Virus record (IMG/VR): IMGVR_UViG_2541047795_000004
DNA from: a virus
Lineage: Duplodnaviria; Heunggongvirae; Uroviricota; Caudoviricetes
Reading direction: 5' to 3' (one strand)
DNA: 44,950 nt
The notes below the pieces were generated by a model that had not been told where the DNA came from, made no database searches, and saw nothing but the letters and a program-made list of their open reading frames with translations. Of this stretch, positions 18,777 to 28,356 are shown piece after piece. Each line of letters starts with the position of its first letter. Position 1 is the stretch's first letter. The position numbers and the translations under genes are program-made.

Positions 18777-19273
18777 TGCCTCCATCATTACGAAAAGCCG
18801 TTGCTGCTGCTATTGGTGGCGGAGCAATTGCTATAGCATCAGTGTTAATCACTGGCTCAAGTGGTAACGATGGTCTGGAGGGTGTCAGCTACATACCATA
18901 CAAAGATATTGTTGGTGTATGGACTGTATGTCACGGGCATACAGGAAAAGACATCATGCTCGGTAAAACGTATACCAAAGCAGAATGCAAAGCACTCTTG
19001 AATAAAGACCTTGCCACTGTCGCCAGACAAATTAACCCGTACATCAAAGTCGATATACCGGAAACAACGCGCGGCGCTCTTTACTCATTCGTTTACAACG
19101 TGGGTGCTGGCAATTTCAGAACATCGACGCTTCTTCGCAAAATAAACCAGGGCGATATCAAAGGCGCATGTGATCAGCTACGTCGCTGGACATATGCTGG
19201 CGGTAAGCAATGGAAAGGTCTCATGACTCGTCGTGAGATTGAGCGTGAAATCTGTTTGTGGGGTCAGCAATGA
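18776..19273 (+). CDS. SAR endolysin (lysozyme with N-terminal signal-anchor-release domain)
   Basis: N-terminal Gly/Ala-rich hydrophobic segment [20 protein letters not shown] followed by a lysozyme-like domain; follows the pinholin. Confidence 0.85.
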   Translation: MPPSLRKAVAAAIGGGAIAIASVLITGSSGNDGLEGVSYIPYKDIVGVWTVCHGHTGKDIMLGKTYTKAECKALLNKDLATVARQINPYIKVDIPETTRGALYSFVYNVGAGNFRTSTLLRKINQGDIKGACDQLRRWTYAGGKQWKGLMTRREIEREICLWGQQ

Positions 19274-19734
19274 ACAGAGTAACCGCGATTATCTCCGCTC
19301 TGGTTATCTGCATCATCGTCTGCCTGTCATGGGCTGTTAATCATTACCGTGATAACGCCATTACCTACAAAGCCCAGCGCGACAAAAATGCCAGAGAACT
19401 GAAGCTGGCGAACGCGGCAATTACTGACATGCAGATGCGTCAGCGTGATGTTGCTGCGCTCGATGCAAAATACACGAAGGAGTTAGCTGATGCGAAAGCT
19501 GAAAATGATGCTCTGCGTGATGATGTTGCCGCTGGTCGTCGTCGGTTGCACATCAAAGCAGTCTGTCAGTCAGTGCGTGAAGCCACCACCGCCTCCGGCG
19601 TGGATAATGCAGCCTCCCCCCGACTGGCAGACACCGCTGAACGGGATTATTTCACCCTCCGGGAACGACTGGTAATGATGCAGGCCCAACTTGAAGGTGC
19701 TCAGCAATACATAACCGAACAGTGTTTAAAGTAA
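19270..19734 (+). CDS. rzpR: Rz i-spanin
   Basis: N-terminal transmembrane helix, coiled-coil body; ATGA overlap with the endolysin stop. Confidence 0.8.
   Translation: MNRVTAIISALVICIIVCLSWAVNHYRDNAITYKAQRDKNARELKLANAAITDMQMRQRDVAALDAKYTKELADAKAENDALRDDVAAGRRRLHIKAVCQSVREATTASGVDNAASPRLADTAERDYFTLRERLVMMQAQLEGAQQYITEQCLK
19490..19675 (+). CDS. rzoR: Rz1 o-spanin lipoprotein, embedded in Rz in the +1 frame
   Basis: Lipobox LVVVGC and proline-rich [15 protein letters not shown], wholly inside the Rz ORF. Confidence 0.75.
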   Translation: MRKLKMMLCVMMLPLVVVGCTSKQSVSQCVKPPPPPAWIMQPPPDWQTPLNGIISPSGNDW

Positions 19735-19871
19735 AATCTTAACTACAATATGATTCATTTTGATGATTGTTTCATAAGGAACAGTGAAGTAAGATCTAAG
19801 ATGAGTTAAATTTTATACAGTATAATCATAATATTGCAGCAAGGTGGTTATAATTGAAAGAATATTTAGAT

Positions 19872-21329
19872 ATGAATACATCTCATGTAAGAGTTGTTAC
19901 TCATATGTGTGGGTTCCTGGTTTGGCTCTATAGTCTTTCAATGTTGCCACCAATGGTTGTAGCATTGTTTTATAAAGAAAAAAGCCTGTTCGTTTTCTTT
20001 ATAACTTTCGTTATATTTTTTTGCATTGGTGGCGGAGCGTGGTATACAACTAAGAAATCTGGCATTCAATTACGTACCCGTGATGGGTTTATTATAATTG
20101 TAATGTTTTGGATTTTGTTTTCTGTTATTAGTGCATTCCCTTTATGGATTGACTCAGAACTTAATTTAACGTTCATTGATGCTCTGTTTGAAGGGGTTTC
20201 TGGAATAACAACAACAGGAGCAACTGTAATTGATGATGTTAGTTCATTACCTCGGGCATATTTGTACTATCGGTCACAGTTAAATTTTATAGGTGGTTTA
20301 GGAGTTATTGTTCTGGCGGTTGCTGTATTGCCATTATTGGGTATTGGTGGTGCAAAGCTTTATCAGTCAGAAATGCCGGGGCCATTTAAGGATGACAAAC
20401 TCACTCCCCGCCTGGCCGATACGTCACGGACACTGTGGATAACTTATTCTTTATTAGGTATTGCTTGTATTGTCTGTTATAGACTTGCAGGAATGCCTTT
20501 GTTTGATGCTATTTGTCACGGGATTTCCACAGTTTCGCTTGGTGGTTTCTCAACTCATAGCGAGAGTATCGGATATTTTAATAACTATTTGGTTGAGCTG
20601 GTGGCTGGTTCTTTTTCCCTGCTATCGGCTTTCAACTTCACTCTTTGGTATATTGTTATTAGCAGGAAAACGATAAAACCTTTAATCAGAGATATTGAAC
20701 TTCGTTTCTTTCTGTTAATAGCCTTAGGGGTGATCATTGTTACCTCTTTCCAGGTCTGGCATATAGGTATGTATGACTTGCATGGAAGTTTTATTCATTC
20801 GTTTTTTCTTGCCAGCTCCATGCTCACTGATAATGGTTTAGCTACGCAGGATTATGCAAACTGGCCCACGCACACGATAGTGTTTTTGCTGTTGTCAAGT
20901 TTCTTTGGGGGATGTATAGGTTCAACTTGTGGTGGAATTAAGTCACTTCGATTTCTTATACTTTTCAAACAAAGCAAACACGAGATAAATCAGCTTTCTC
21001 ATCCCAGAGCGTTGTTGAGTGTAAATGTAGGAGGGAAGATAGTTACAGATCGTGTAATGAGGTCTGTATGGAGTTTCTTTTTTCTTTATACTCTCTTCAC
21101 GGTGTTTTTTATACTGGTGTTAAATGGTATGGGATATGATTTTCTTACATCATTTGCAACAGTGGCTGCATGTATTAATAATATGGGATTAGGTTTTGGG
21201 GCTACTGCATCGTCATTCGGAGTGCTTAATGACATTGCAAAATATTTAATGTGCATAGCTATGATTCTTGGTCGCCTTGAAATTTATCCTGTTATTATAT
21301 TGTTTTCAGGTTTTTTTTGGCGCTCCTAA
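19872..21329 (+). CDS. trkG: TrkG potassium-uptake membrane protein (moron)
   Basis: 485-aa polytopic membrane protein from MNTSHVRVVTHMCGFLVWLYS, matching TrkG as recalled; AT-rich with AT-rich flanks. Confidence 0.9.
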   Translation: MNTSHVRVVTHMCGFLVWLYSLSMLPPMVVALFYKEKSLFVFFITFVIFFCIGGGAWYTTKKSGIQLRTRDGFIIIVMFWILFSVISAFPLWIDSELNLTFIDALFEGVSGITTTGATVIDDVSSLPRAYLYYRSQLNFIGGLGVIVLAVAVLPLLGIGGAKLYQSEMPGPFKDDKLTPRLADTSRTLWITYSLLGIACIVCYRLAGMPLFDAICHGISTVSLGGFSTHSESIGYFNNYLVELVAGSFSLLSAFNFTLWYIVISRKTIKPLIRDIELRFFLLIALGVIIVTSFQVWHIGMYDLHGSFIHSFFLASSMLTDNGLATQDYANWPTHTIVFLLLSSFFGGCIGSTCGGIKSLRFLILFKQSKHEINQLSHPRALLSVNVGGKIVTDRVMRSVWSFFFLYTLFTVFFILVLNGMGYDFLTSFATVAACINNMGLGFGATASSFGVLNDIAKYLMCIAMILGRLEIYPVIILFSGFFWRS

Positions 21330-21466
21330 TATATGGCTGATTTATAATTGTGAGTTTAATATTATATTGACTCACTCATTGATCCAATACCTAACTTTAC
21401 CAGCAACACCTCCGCCCCCAGTAGCACTGGCTGCTGGGGTGCGTTTTATTCATAAAGCAAGGCTGT

Positions 21467-22255
21467 ATGAGCGAGAAATTAAAGATAGTCTATCGCCCAT
21501 TACAAGAATTGTCACCGTATGCGCACAACGCCAGGACGCACAGTACTGAGCAGGTGGCACAACTGGTAGAAAGTATTAAGCAATTCGGCTGGACTAATCC
21601 GGTGCTGATTGACGAAAAGGGCGAAATTATTGCGGGTCACGGTCGTGTTATGGCGGCTGAAATGCTCAAAATGGATTCTGTTCCGGTCATTGTTCTGTCT
21701 GGCCTGACGGATGAGCAGAAAAAGGCGTACCGCCTGGCAGATAATCGCCTACCGATGAATGCTGGCTGGGATGAAGATCTATTGCGGATGGAGCTGTCGG
21801 ACCTAATCAATGCTGATTTTGATGTCTCCCTGACAGGCTTCGGCCCGACAGAAATTGATGAACTGTTGACGGATGTTTTGCCCGGTACAGGAAATAAGGA
21901 GGAGCCGTATACGACGAAAATTGATACGCCTGTTTATGAGCCGTCGGGCGGTAAACCGGATATCAGTGAACTGTACGACGATACGAAAACTCAGGAGCTG
22001 ATCAGCCGGATACGTTCGGCGTCCCTTGATCCTGATATTGAGAAATTCCTCCTGTGTGCGGCAGAACGTCACACGGTGTTTAATTTCAGCAGAATTGCGG
22101 ACTATTACGCTCATGCCCCCGCTGAAATTCAGTGCCTTTTCGAGGAGTCGGCGCTGGTGATCATTGATTATCAGCAGGCTATTGAAAATGGATTTGTCCG
22201 AATGACGCAGCGCATGGTGGCGATCATGCATAGCGGGGAGGAGGAATATGCGTGA
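21467..22255 (+). CDS. ynaK: ParB-like nuclease domain protein (full-length YnaK-like)
   Basis: N-terminal ParB/Srx-like motif (GHGRVMAA..., PVLIDEKGEIIAG); lies just upstream of the terminase genes. Confidence 0.7.
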   Translation: MSEKLKIVYRPLQELSPYAHNARTHSTEQVAQLVESIKQFGWTNPVLIDEKGEIIAGHGRVMAAEMLKMDSVPVIVLSGLTDEQKKAYRLADNRLPMNAGWDEDLLRMELSDLINADFDVSLTGFGPTEIDELLTDVLPGTGNKEEPYTTKIDTPVYEPSGGKPDISELYDDTKTQELISRIRSASLDPDIEKFLLCAAERHTVFNFSRIADYYAHAPAEIQCLFEESALVIIDYQQAIENGFVRMTQRMVAIMHSGEEEYA

Positions 22256-23180
22256 TGATTTTTGCGCCTTTATTCTGACTCACGGGCGACCGGACAAAGT
22301 TCTGACTTACCGGACGTTGCGTCGTGCTGGCTATACCGGGAAAATTTTTATCGTTGTTGATGATGAAGATAAGACACGGCATCAGTACATGGCTGAATTT
22401 GGTGAACAGGTGCTGGTATTTTCCAAAGCCGATATTGCCAGTCGTTTTGACGAAGCCGATAATTTTGGTGACCGCCGCTCAATTTTTTACGCCCGTAATG
22501 CCTGTTTCGACCTGGCAAAACTGGTCGGGTGTAAATACTTCATTCAGCTCGATGATGATTATCACGAGTTCCAGTTTCGGGTGGATCGCAACTATGACCA
22601 GGCCTATTTCCCGATAAGGAAACTGGATGCGATCCTTTCTGAAATGCTGGCGTATTACGAATCAATACCCGCGCTTTCCATCGCTATGTCGCAGGGCGGG
22701 GATTTTCTTGGTGACAATGGCGGCCATGCTTCGTGGGTGAAACGCAAGGCAATGAACAGCTTTATCTGTTCGGTTGATCGACCGTTCTCATTCATGGGGC
22801 GCATTAACGAGGATGTGAATACGTACACGAATCTCGGTCGCTGTGGTGAATTGTTTATGACGATCGGTGCTGTCCAGTTAGGGCAGAAACAGACGCAGAA
22901 AAACAGCGGCGGAATGACCGAGCTGTATCTGGATTCCGGAACCTACGTTAAAAGTTTTTACTCCGTCATGTATGCGCCGTCGTGCGTAAAAATCTCACTG
23001 ATGGGTGCCAGCCATAAACGCATTCACCATCAGGTCACCTGGAACAACGCTGCAGTAAAAATCCTTCACGAAAAATACAGGAAGAAGACACCCTGCATAT
23101 CAATGGGGGTGACAAATGATTCCGTATTCGAAAGTCGAGTCTCTGGCAGCGTGCCGGATGACTGCACAACAAATCGCTGA
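22248..23180 (+). CDS. Putative GT-A-fold glycosyltransferase-like protein, 310 aa
   Basis: N-terminal KIFIVVDDEDK and downstream FIQLDDDYHEF (DxD-like) motifs; overlaps the ParB-like stop by 8 nt. Fold assignment is by motif only. Confidence 0.5.
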   Translation: MRDDFCAFILTHGRPDKVLTYRTLRRAGYTGKIFIVVDDEDKTRHQYMAEFGEQVLVFSKADIASRFDEADNFGDRRSIFYARNACFDLAKLVGCKYFIQLDDDYHEFQFRVDRNYDQAYFPIRKLDAILSEMLAYYESIPALSIAMSQGGDFLGDNGGHASWVKRKAMNSFICSVDRPFSFMGRINEDVNTYTNLGRCGELFMTIGAVQLGQKQTQKNSGGMTELYLDSGTYVKSFYSVMYAPSCVKISLMGASHKRIHHQVTWNNAAVKILHEKYRKKTPCISMGVTNDSVFESRVSGSVPDDCTTNR

Positions 23181-23367
23181 CGTTCTGGATGTTGATCTGA
23201 ACCGACTGAAAGAAAATCGGGAAGCAATGACAGATTTTTATGCGGCCATCCGTAAGGGCAGAGCGAAAGGTGAAGCCGAGTTACGAGCGGCATTGTTTAA
23301 GCTTGCCAGAAAAGGGGATGCCTTTGCTCTGCGCGAACTACTCAGGGTGGATAAAAATCAGGACTAA
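23116..23367 (+). CDS. Small HTH-like protein (start uncertain; possibly ATG at 23158)
   Basis: 83-aa ORF overlapping the 3' end of the previous gene; helix-rich, basic; weak ribosome-binding site. Confidence 0.35.
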   Translation: MIPYSKVESLAACRMTAQQIADVLDVDLNRLKENREAMTDFYAAIRKGRAKGEAELRAALFKLARKGDAFALRELLRVDKNQD

Positions 23368-23370
23368 CTG

Positions 23371-24465
23371 ATGAGCAGACCGGACTGGGGGGCGTTGCAG
23401 CAGGAGTATATTGCTGAATACACCCGCTCCGGTATATCTCCGGTGGCATGGTGTGAAGCAAGGGGACTGAACTACGCAACAGCCCGTCGTTACATCAAAA
23501 AAACTCCGAAAAATGCGCAGAAAGAAATGCGCAAAACTGCGCAAAAAAGTGCGCGAAAAAAAACTGCGCAGACTGCGCAAAGGCAGAACGGAAAATCTCA
23601 GAAAAAAAAGGCTGTATCCGATGCACTCCTGATTGAGGGGGACACGGAAGAAATTTCGTTCTGCCCCGATGAATTCGGTATTTCTGACCAGCAGGCAAAA
23701 TTCGCCATGTTGGTTGCTCAGGGGAAAAAGCCGACAGAGGCATACCGACTGGCTGGTTATGAGGGGCAAGGTGCGACAGCTAACAGCAACGCCAGCCGTA
23801 TGCTTAGAAATGCCAGGGTTTATCGTGCTATCAGCTACTTCCGCAATCAGTACCAGAAACGCTATACCGCAGACCTGGATTTACTGGTGAGCCAGTTGAT
23901 GGCCATTGTCCAGGCCGACCCCAATCAGTTGGCACAATTTCGCCGTGTTAACTGCCGTTATTGCTGGGGCGAGAATCATCTCTACCAGTGGCGTGATATT
24001 GCAGAATTCGATAAGGCTGCGGCACAGGCCTCCAGAGATGGTAAACCCGAGCCGGAATATGGAGGCCTCGGCTTTGTTGATAACGCCATACCCAATCCGG
24101 ATTGCCCGAAGTGCTGCGGTGAGGGAACGGGACAGCTTTATATGGCTGATACCACACTGCTTGATGGGGATGCGCGGCAATTATATGCAGGGTCAAAGCT
24201 CGGAAAATACGGTGTTGAGATCCTGCTGGAGGATAAGGCTGCCGCCCGGCGTGAATTGTTGCGTTTGCTTTCTGCTGGCGGGGCATTATGTGCAGATAAA
24301 CGGCTACAGGAACTGGAAATTGAACGGCGCAGAATAGAAAACCAGAAGCTGCGCAAAGAGATCGAAACGGTGGAGGATAATGAACATCCCCAGCCTGTGG
24401 CGATCAATATTAATGTGGTTGATGCCAGATTAAGGAGTGATGAAGATGATCTCTCCGACGCTTAA
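23371..24465 (+). CDS. Terminase small subunit, 364 aa (HTH plus Terminase_2-like core plus Cys-rich C-terminal region)
   Basis: Core FCPDEFGISDQQAKFAMLVAQGKKPTEAYRLAGYEGQGATANSNASRMLRNARV resembles small-terminase domains; directly upstream of the large subunit. Confidence 0.75.
   Translation: MSRPDWGALQQEYIAEYTRSGISPVAWCEARGLNYATARRYIKKTPKNAQKEMRKTAQKSARKKTAQTAQRQNGKSQKKKAVSDALLIEGDTEEISFCPDEFGISDQQAKFAMLVAQGKKPTEAYRLAGYEGQGATANSNASRMLRNARVYRAISYFRNQYQKRYTADLDLLVSQLMAIVQADPNQLAQFRRVNCRYCWGENHLYQWRDIAEFDKAAAQASRDGKPEPEYGGLGFVDNAIPNPDCPKCCGEGTGQLYMADTTLLDGDARQLYAGSKLGKYGVEILLEDKAAARRELLRLLSAGGALCADKRLQELEIERRRIENQKLRKEIETVEDNEHPQPVAININVVDARLRSDEDDLSDA
23514..23579. repeat. Cluster of six TGCGCA/TGCGCG motifs at 9-15 bp spacing inside the small-terminase gene
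   Basis: Motif copies start at 23514, 23528, 23538, 23550, 23565 and 23574; the region encodes a basic KTAQ-rich linker. Confidence 0.4.
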
Positions 24466-25747
24466 TGTGCCTCAGGCGCGATTTCTTTCAATGCCCCATA
24501 AATTTAAAGCCTATATTGCTGGTTTTGGCTCGGGCAAAACATGGGTTGGGTGTGGCGGCATATGCAAGGGGATTTGGGAGCATCCAGGTATAAATCAGGG
24601 ATATTTTGCGCCAACGTATCCCCAAATTCGCGATATTTTTTACCCTACAGTGGAAGAAGTTGCTGCTGACTGGGGATTGAACGTAAAAATTAATGAGGGA
24701 AATAAAGAGGTTCACTTTTATTACGGACGCCAGTATCGGGGAACCACTATCTGCAGATCGATGGAGAAGCCACAAACGATCGTCGGTTTCAAAATTGGTA
24801 ATGCGCTGGTGGATGAACTGGATATTTTGCCGAAGGAAAAAGCCAGAACGGCGTGGCGCAAGATAATTGCGCGTATGCGTTATAAGATTGATGGACTTCG
24901 CAACGGTATTGACGTTACAACCACGCCGGAAGGATTCAAATTTGTCTACGAGCAGTTTGTTAAAGCCGTGCGTGAAAAAACAGAGCTGGCCTCACTGTAT
25001 GGTCTGGTGCAGGCATCTACTTTCGATAATGAAAAGAACCTGCCAGCAGATTACATTCCTTTACTTCTTGAATCATACCCTCCAGGGTTGATTAAAGCCT
25101 ATCTTCTAGGACGGTTTACTAACCTGACAAGTGGTACTGTTTACCATCAGTTTGACCGGAAACTGAATAATTGCGAAGAAGTGGAGCAGCCAGGGGAGCC
25201 GATTTATATTGGGATGGATTTTAACGTTGGAAAGATGGCGGGAATCGTCCATGTGCTGCGTTTGGGGCTTCCATGTGCGGTAACTGAAATCATCAATGCC
25301 TACGATACGCCGGATATGATCCGCCTCATTAAAGAACGCTTCTGGCCGTATGACGGGCATGATTACCGGAAAGTGAGGGAGATTTATATTTATCCAGATG
25401 CTTCCGGAGATTCCAGAAAATCAAGTAACGCAAGTACGACGGATATAGCCCAGCTTAAGCAGGCAGGTTTTAACGTTGTGGTGAACAGCTCGAACCCGCC
25501 AGTAAAAGATCGCGTTAACTCAATGAATGCAATGTTCTGCAATGCCAATGGTGAGCGTCGCTATAAAGTTAATGTGAAGCGTTGTCCGGTATATGCCGAA
25601 TCTCTGGAGCAACAGGTCTGGGATGATAAGGGGGAGCCTGATAAAAAATCTGGCAATGATCACCCGAATGATGCCGGAGGTTATTTCATCGTTAAGCAAT
25701 TCCCTATTGTCAAACCGACCGGAAGAGTCACATCACTTCGGATTTAA
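24446..25747 (+). CDS. Terminase large subunit
   Basis: Walker A-like AGFGSGKTW near the N-terminus; AAGGAG Shine-Dalgarno 8 nt before the ATG at 24446 (ORF opens at a GTG at 24437). Confidence 0.85.
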   Translation: MISPTLNVPQARFLSMPHKFKAYIAGFGSGKTWVGCGGICKGIWEHPGINQGYFAPTYPQIRDIFYPTVEEVAADWGLNVKINEGNKEVHFYYGRQYRGTTICRSMEKPQTIVGFKIGNALVDELDILPKEKARTAWRKIIARMRYKIDGLRNGIDVTTTPEGFKFVYEQFVKAVREKTELASLYGLVQASTFDNEKNLPADYIPLLLESYPPGLIKAYLLGRFTNLTSGTVYHQFDRKLNNCEEVEQPGEPIYIGMDFNVGKMAGIVHVLRLGLPCAVTEIINAYDTPDMIRLIKERFWPYDGHDYRKVREIYIYPDASGDSRKSSNASTTDIAQLKQAGFNVVVNSSNPPVKDRVNSMNAMFCNANGERRYKVNVKRCPVYAESLEQQVWDDKGEPDKKSGNDHPNDAGGYFIVKQFPIVKPTGRVTSLRI

Positions 25748-25749
25748 TT

Positions 25750-27156
25750 ATGGCTGATATATCAACACCCAACCTCGACTATAACGATATGCTGGAGGCG
25801 TGGGATATTAACGACGCATTGATGGGCGGTACGCTTGAAATGCGCAGGCAGGGGGAAAATTATCTCCCCAAATGGCCTAATGAAGATGAAGACGCTTATA
25901 AAAAACGCCTGTCTGTGGCTACGCTACTTCCTGTGTATGAAGAAAGCATCAAACAAAATATTGGGCGCATATTTGCAGAGCCGACAGTATTGAGTGAGGA
26001 AACGCCGGAAAAAATCAGGGAATATGCAGAAAATATCGACATGGAGGGGAGCCGACTGGATGTGTGGGCGCAGCAATTTTTCAGTCTCGCATTTCAGTAT
26101 GGTGTGGCACATGCGCTGGTGGACTATCCACGAACGGATATGAACGAGATTCGGACAAAAGCCGATGAAAACGCGGCCGGTGGTCGCCCGTACGTTACGA
26201 TGCTGAATCCACGCCAGGTTATTGGATGGAAATCGAAAGTTGAAAAAGGGAAAGTTGTTCTCACTGATTTGCGTATAAAAGAGGTCATCATTATTGATGG
26301 TGATGATTTCGGGCAGAAGAAGGTGGAGCAGATCCGCCATATTATGCCCCGTCGAGTAGAAATTTATCGACGCAGCGAAGGTACTAATGGCGAATCTGTC
26401 TGGATGCTTCATGAGTCATGGAATACCAGCCGTGATGATATTCCTCTGGTAACACTGTATACGAAGAAAACAGGGTTTATGCGTGGTACACCGCCATTGC
26501 TTAATCTTGGCTTGCTGAATATCAAGCACTGGCAAAGCCAGAGCGAGCAGGACAATATTCTTCATGTTGCCCGCGTTCCATTGCTGGTGGCCTACGGGCT
26601 GGACAGGAATGAAGAACTGACGGTTGGTGCATCCACCGCTACGATTTTTGAGGACAGAACAAAAAATGGCCTCGAATATGTTGAACATAGTGGCGCAGCG
26701 ATAGAATCTGGCGAAACATCACTTGAGAAGCTGGAAAATCAGATGCGTCATGCCGGCGCTAAACTTCTGCGGGCTGAAAATACATCCACCAAATCTGTTG
26801 ATCAGACTAATGAAGAGCGGATGCAGGAACACTCGCCGCTTTATACAATGGCGAACTCCCTCGAAGATGCCCTCGATAATATTCTCCAGATAATGGCGGA
26901 ATGGAGCGGAGAGAGTTGCGGTGGCAATGTGGATGTGCGCACTGAACTGGATGTATCTGCCCAGGTGTTTGACTCATCCTCCGCGCTGGCTGTTCAGTCA
27001 TTGCGTCAGGGCGGTGATATACGTCAGATTGATGCGGTTCGGGTGTTGCAGGCGTTGAAATTTATCGATCAGGATTCCCGTCCAGAGGAAGTGATCGATG
27101 AATTAAAAAATCAGAGTGTAATGCTGATGGAAATCAATGATGCAAACCGTGAATGA
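25750..27156 (+). CDS. Portal protein
   Basis: 468-aa ORF immediately after the large terminase; size and position. Confidence 0.7.
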   Translation: MADISTPNLDYNDMLEAWDINDALMGGTLEMRRQGENYLPKWPNEDEDAYKKRLSVATLLPVYEESIKQNIGRIFAEPTVLSEETPEKIREYAENIDMEGSRLDVWAQQFFSLAFQYGVAHALVDYPRTDMNEIRTKADENAAGGRPYVTMLNPRQVIGWKSKVEKGKVVLTDLRIKEVIIIDGDDFGQKKVEQIRHIMPRRVEIYRRSEGTNGESVWMLHESWNTSRDDIPLVTLYTKKTGFMRGTPPLLNLGLLNIKHWQSQSEQDNILHVARVPLLVAYGLDRNEELTVGASTATIFEDRTKNGLEYVEHSGAAIESGETSLEKLENQMRHAGAKLLRAENTSTKSVDQTNEERMQEHSPLYTMANSLEDALDNILQIMAEWSGESCGGNVDVRTELDVSAQVFDSSSALAVQSLRQGGDIRQIDAVRVLQALKFIDQDSRPEEVIDELKNQSVMLMEINDANRE

Positions 27157-28252
27157 ACGGCTGCGTGATGAATCAATTGCTCATGCAGTCTGGATATCCC
27201 GCTATAGCACTGGTGTGGCTGCCAGAATGGTGAAAATACTGAATGACAGCGATGCGGAGCTTACAGCTCGCCTGCTGGTAGCACTGGACAGCCTCGATCC
27301 TGGTAGTTTTACCGTTACGCGCCTGGAGTCACTTCTGGCGAGTGTCAGAGAGGTTAACCGCGCTGCTATTAACAGCATGTTTACCAGTCTCTCCGGAGAG
27401 CTGAACGAGCTGGCAATTTATGAGGCTGGTTATCAGTTAAGTCTGTTTGATTCTCTGCTACCTGATTTTGTTGCTGATGTTCACCCTCTGGTTGGTATAT
27501 CTTCTGATGCACTTTACGCCGCTGCAATGGCGCGACCATTCCAGGGACGACTGCTCAGTGAGTGGGCCTTGGATCTTGAGGCGGATCGGCTCAGACGCAT
27601 AACAAATACGGTGCGTCAGGGTTTTTTGCTGGGGGATACCAATGAGCAGATCGCAAGAAAAATTCGGGGACATGTCAGCAAGGGATTTCAGGATGGTGCA
27701 TTGCAGATGAGCCGGGCTAATGCGGCCAGCATTGCAAAAACAGCGGTTGGACATCTTGCTGCTACTGCCCGTGAGAGTTTTGCCAGCGCGAATAATGATT
27801 TGATTAAGGGTAAGCAATGGTTATCAACGCTTGATAATCGTACTACGCCACAATGTCGAATCAGGGATCGCCTCAAATATACGCTGGATAATAAACCTGT
27901 AGGTCACAGTGTGCCTTATTTGCATGGGCCGGGAAAAATTCATTTCTGCTGCCGCTCAACGGAAACGTTCATTCTGAAATCAGCGAAGGAACTGGGTATT
28001 GATGTTCGTGATATTTCCCCGGCTGAGCGGGCCAGCATGGATGGCGTGGTGGCCGGAGATACAACCTACAGGGAATGGTTTTTGCGTCAGCCTTACACCA
28101 GACAAAAACAGATTGTGGGGGAAACCCGGGCAAAGCTGATTCGGGATGGCGGTATGTCGCCAGATGAATTTTACACCGATAAAGGCGAATGGCTGACGCT
28201 GAAGCAACTCCGTGAGCGTGATGCACAGGTATTCAGAAAAGCAGGGATTTAA
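27137..28252 (+). CDS. Head morphogenesis protein (minor head protein)
   Basis: 371-aa ORF after the portal gene, overlapping its end; terminator follows. Confidence 0.65.
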   Translation: MMQTVNERLRDESIAHAVWISRYSTGVAARMVKILNDSDAELTARLLVALDSLDPGSFTVTRLESLLASVREVNRAAINSMFTSLSGELNELAIYEAGYQLSLFDSLLPDFVADVHPLVGISSDALYAAAMARPFQGRLLSEWALDLEADRLRRITNTVRQGFLLGDTNEQIARKIRGHVSKGFQDGALQMSRANAASIAKTAVGHLAATARESFASANNDLIKGKQWLSTLDNRTTPQCRIRDRLKYTLDNKPVGHSVPYLHGPGKIHFCCRSTETFILKSAKELGIDVRDISPAERASMDGVVAGDTTYREWFLRQPYTRQKQIVGETRAKLIRDGGMSPDEFYTDKGEWLTLKQLRERDAQVFRKAGI

Positions 28253-28272
28253 ATAAATCATTTATTACAACA

Positions 28273-28298
28273 GGCTACCTTCGGGTGGCCTTTTTTAT
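28273..28298 (+). terminator. Intrinsic terminator/attenuator after the head morphogenesis gene
   Basis: Hairpin GGCTACC-TTCG-GGTGGCC (one G-U pair) followed by T6. Confidence 0.45.
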
Positions 28299-28356
28299 TG
28301 CTGCGATCCGGATGGTGAGCAGCGTAACTGTCGGAAGACTTAAACCAGGTACTAAT

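Noticed and set aside
21268-21549. 93-aa plus-strand ORF spanning the trkG end and the ParB-like start
   Set aside because: Overlaps two better-supported genes in another frame.
28285-28356. Upstream extension of the scaffold ORF in the ORF track
   Set aside because: It would read through the terminator hairpin at 28273-28298; the ATG at 28357 is the more plausible start.
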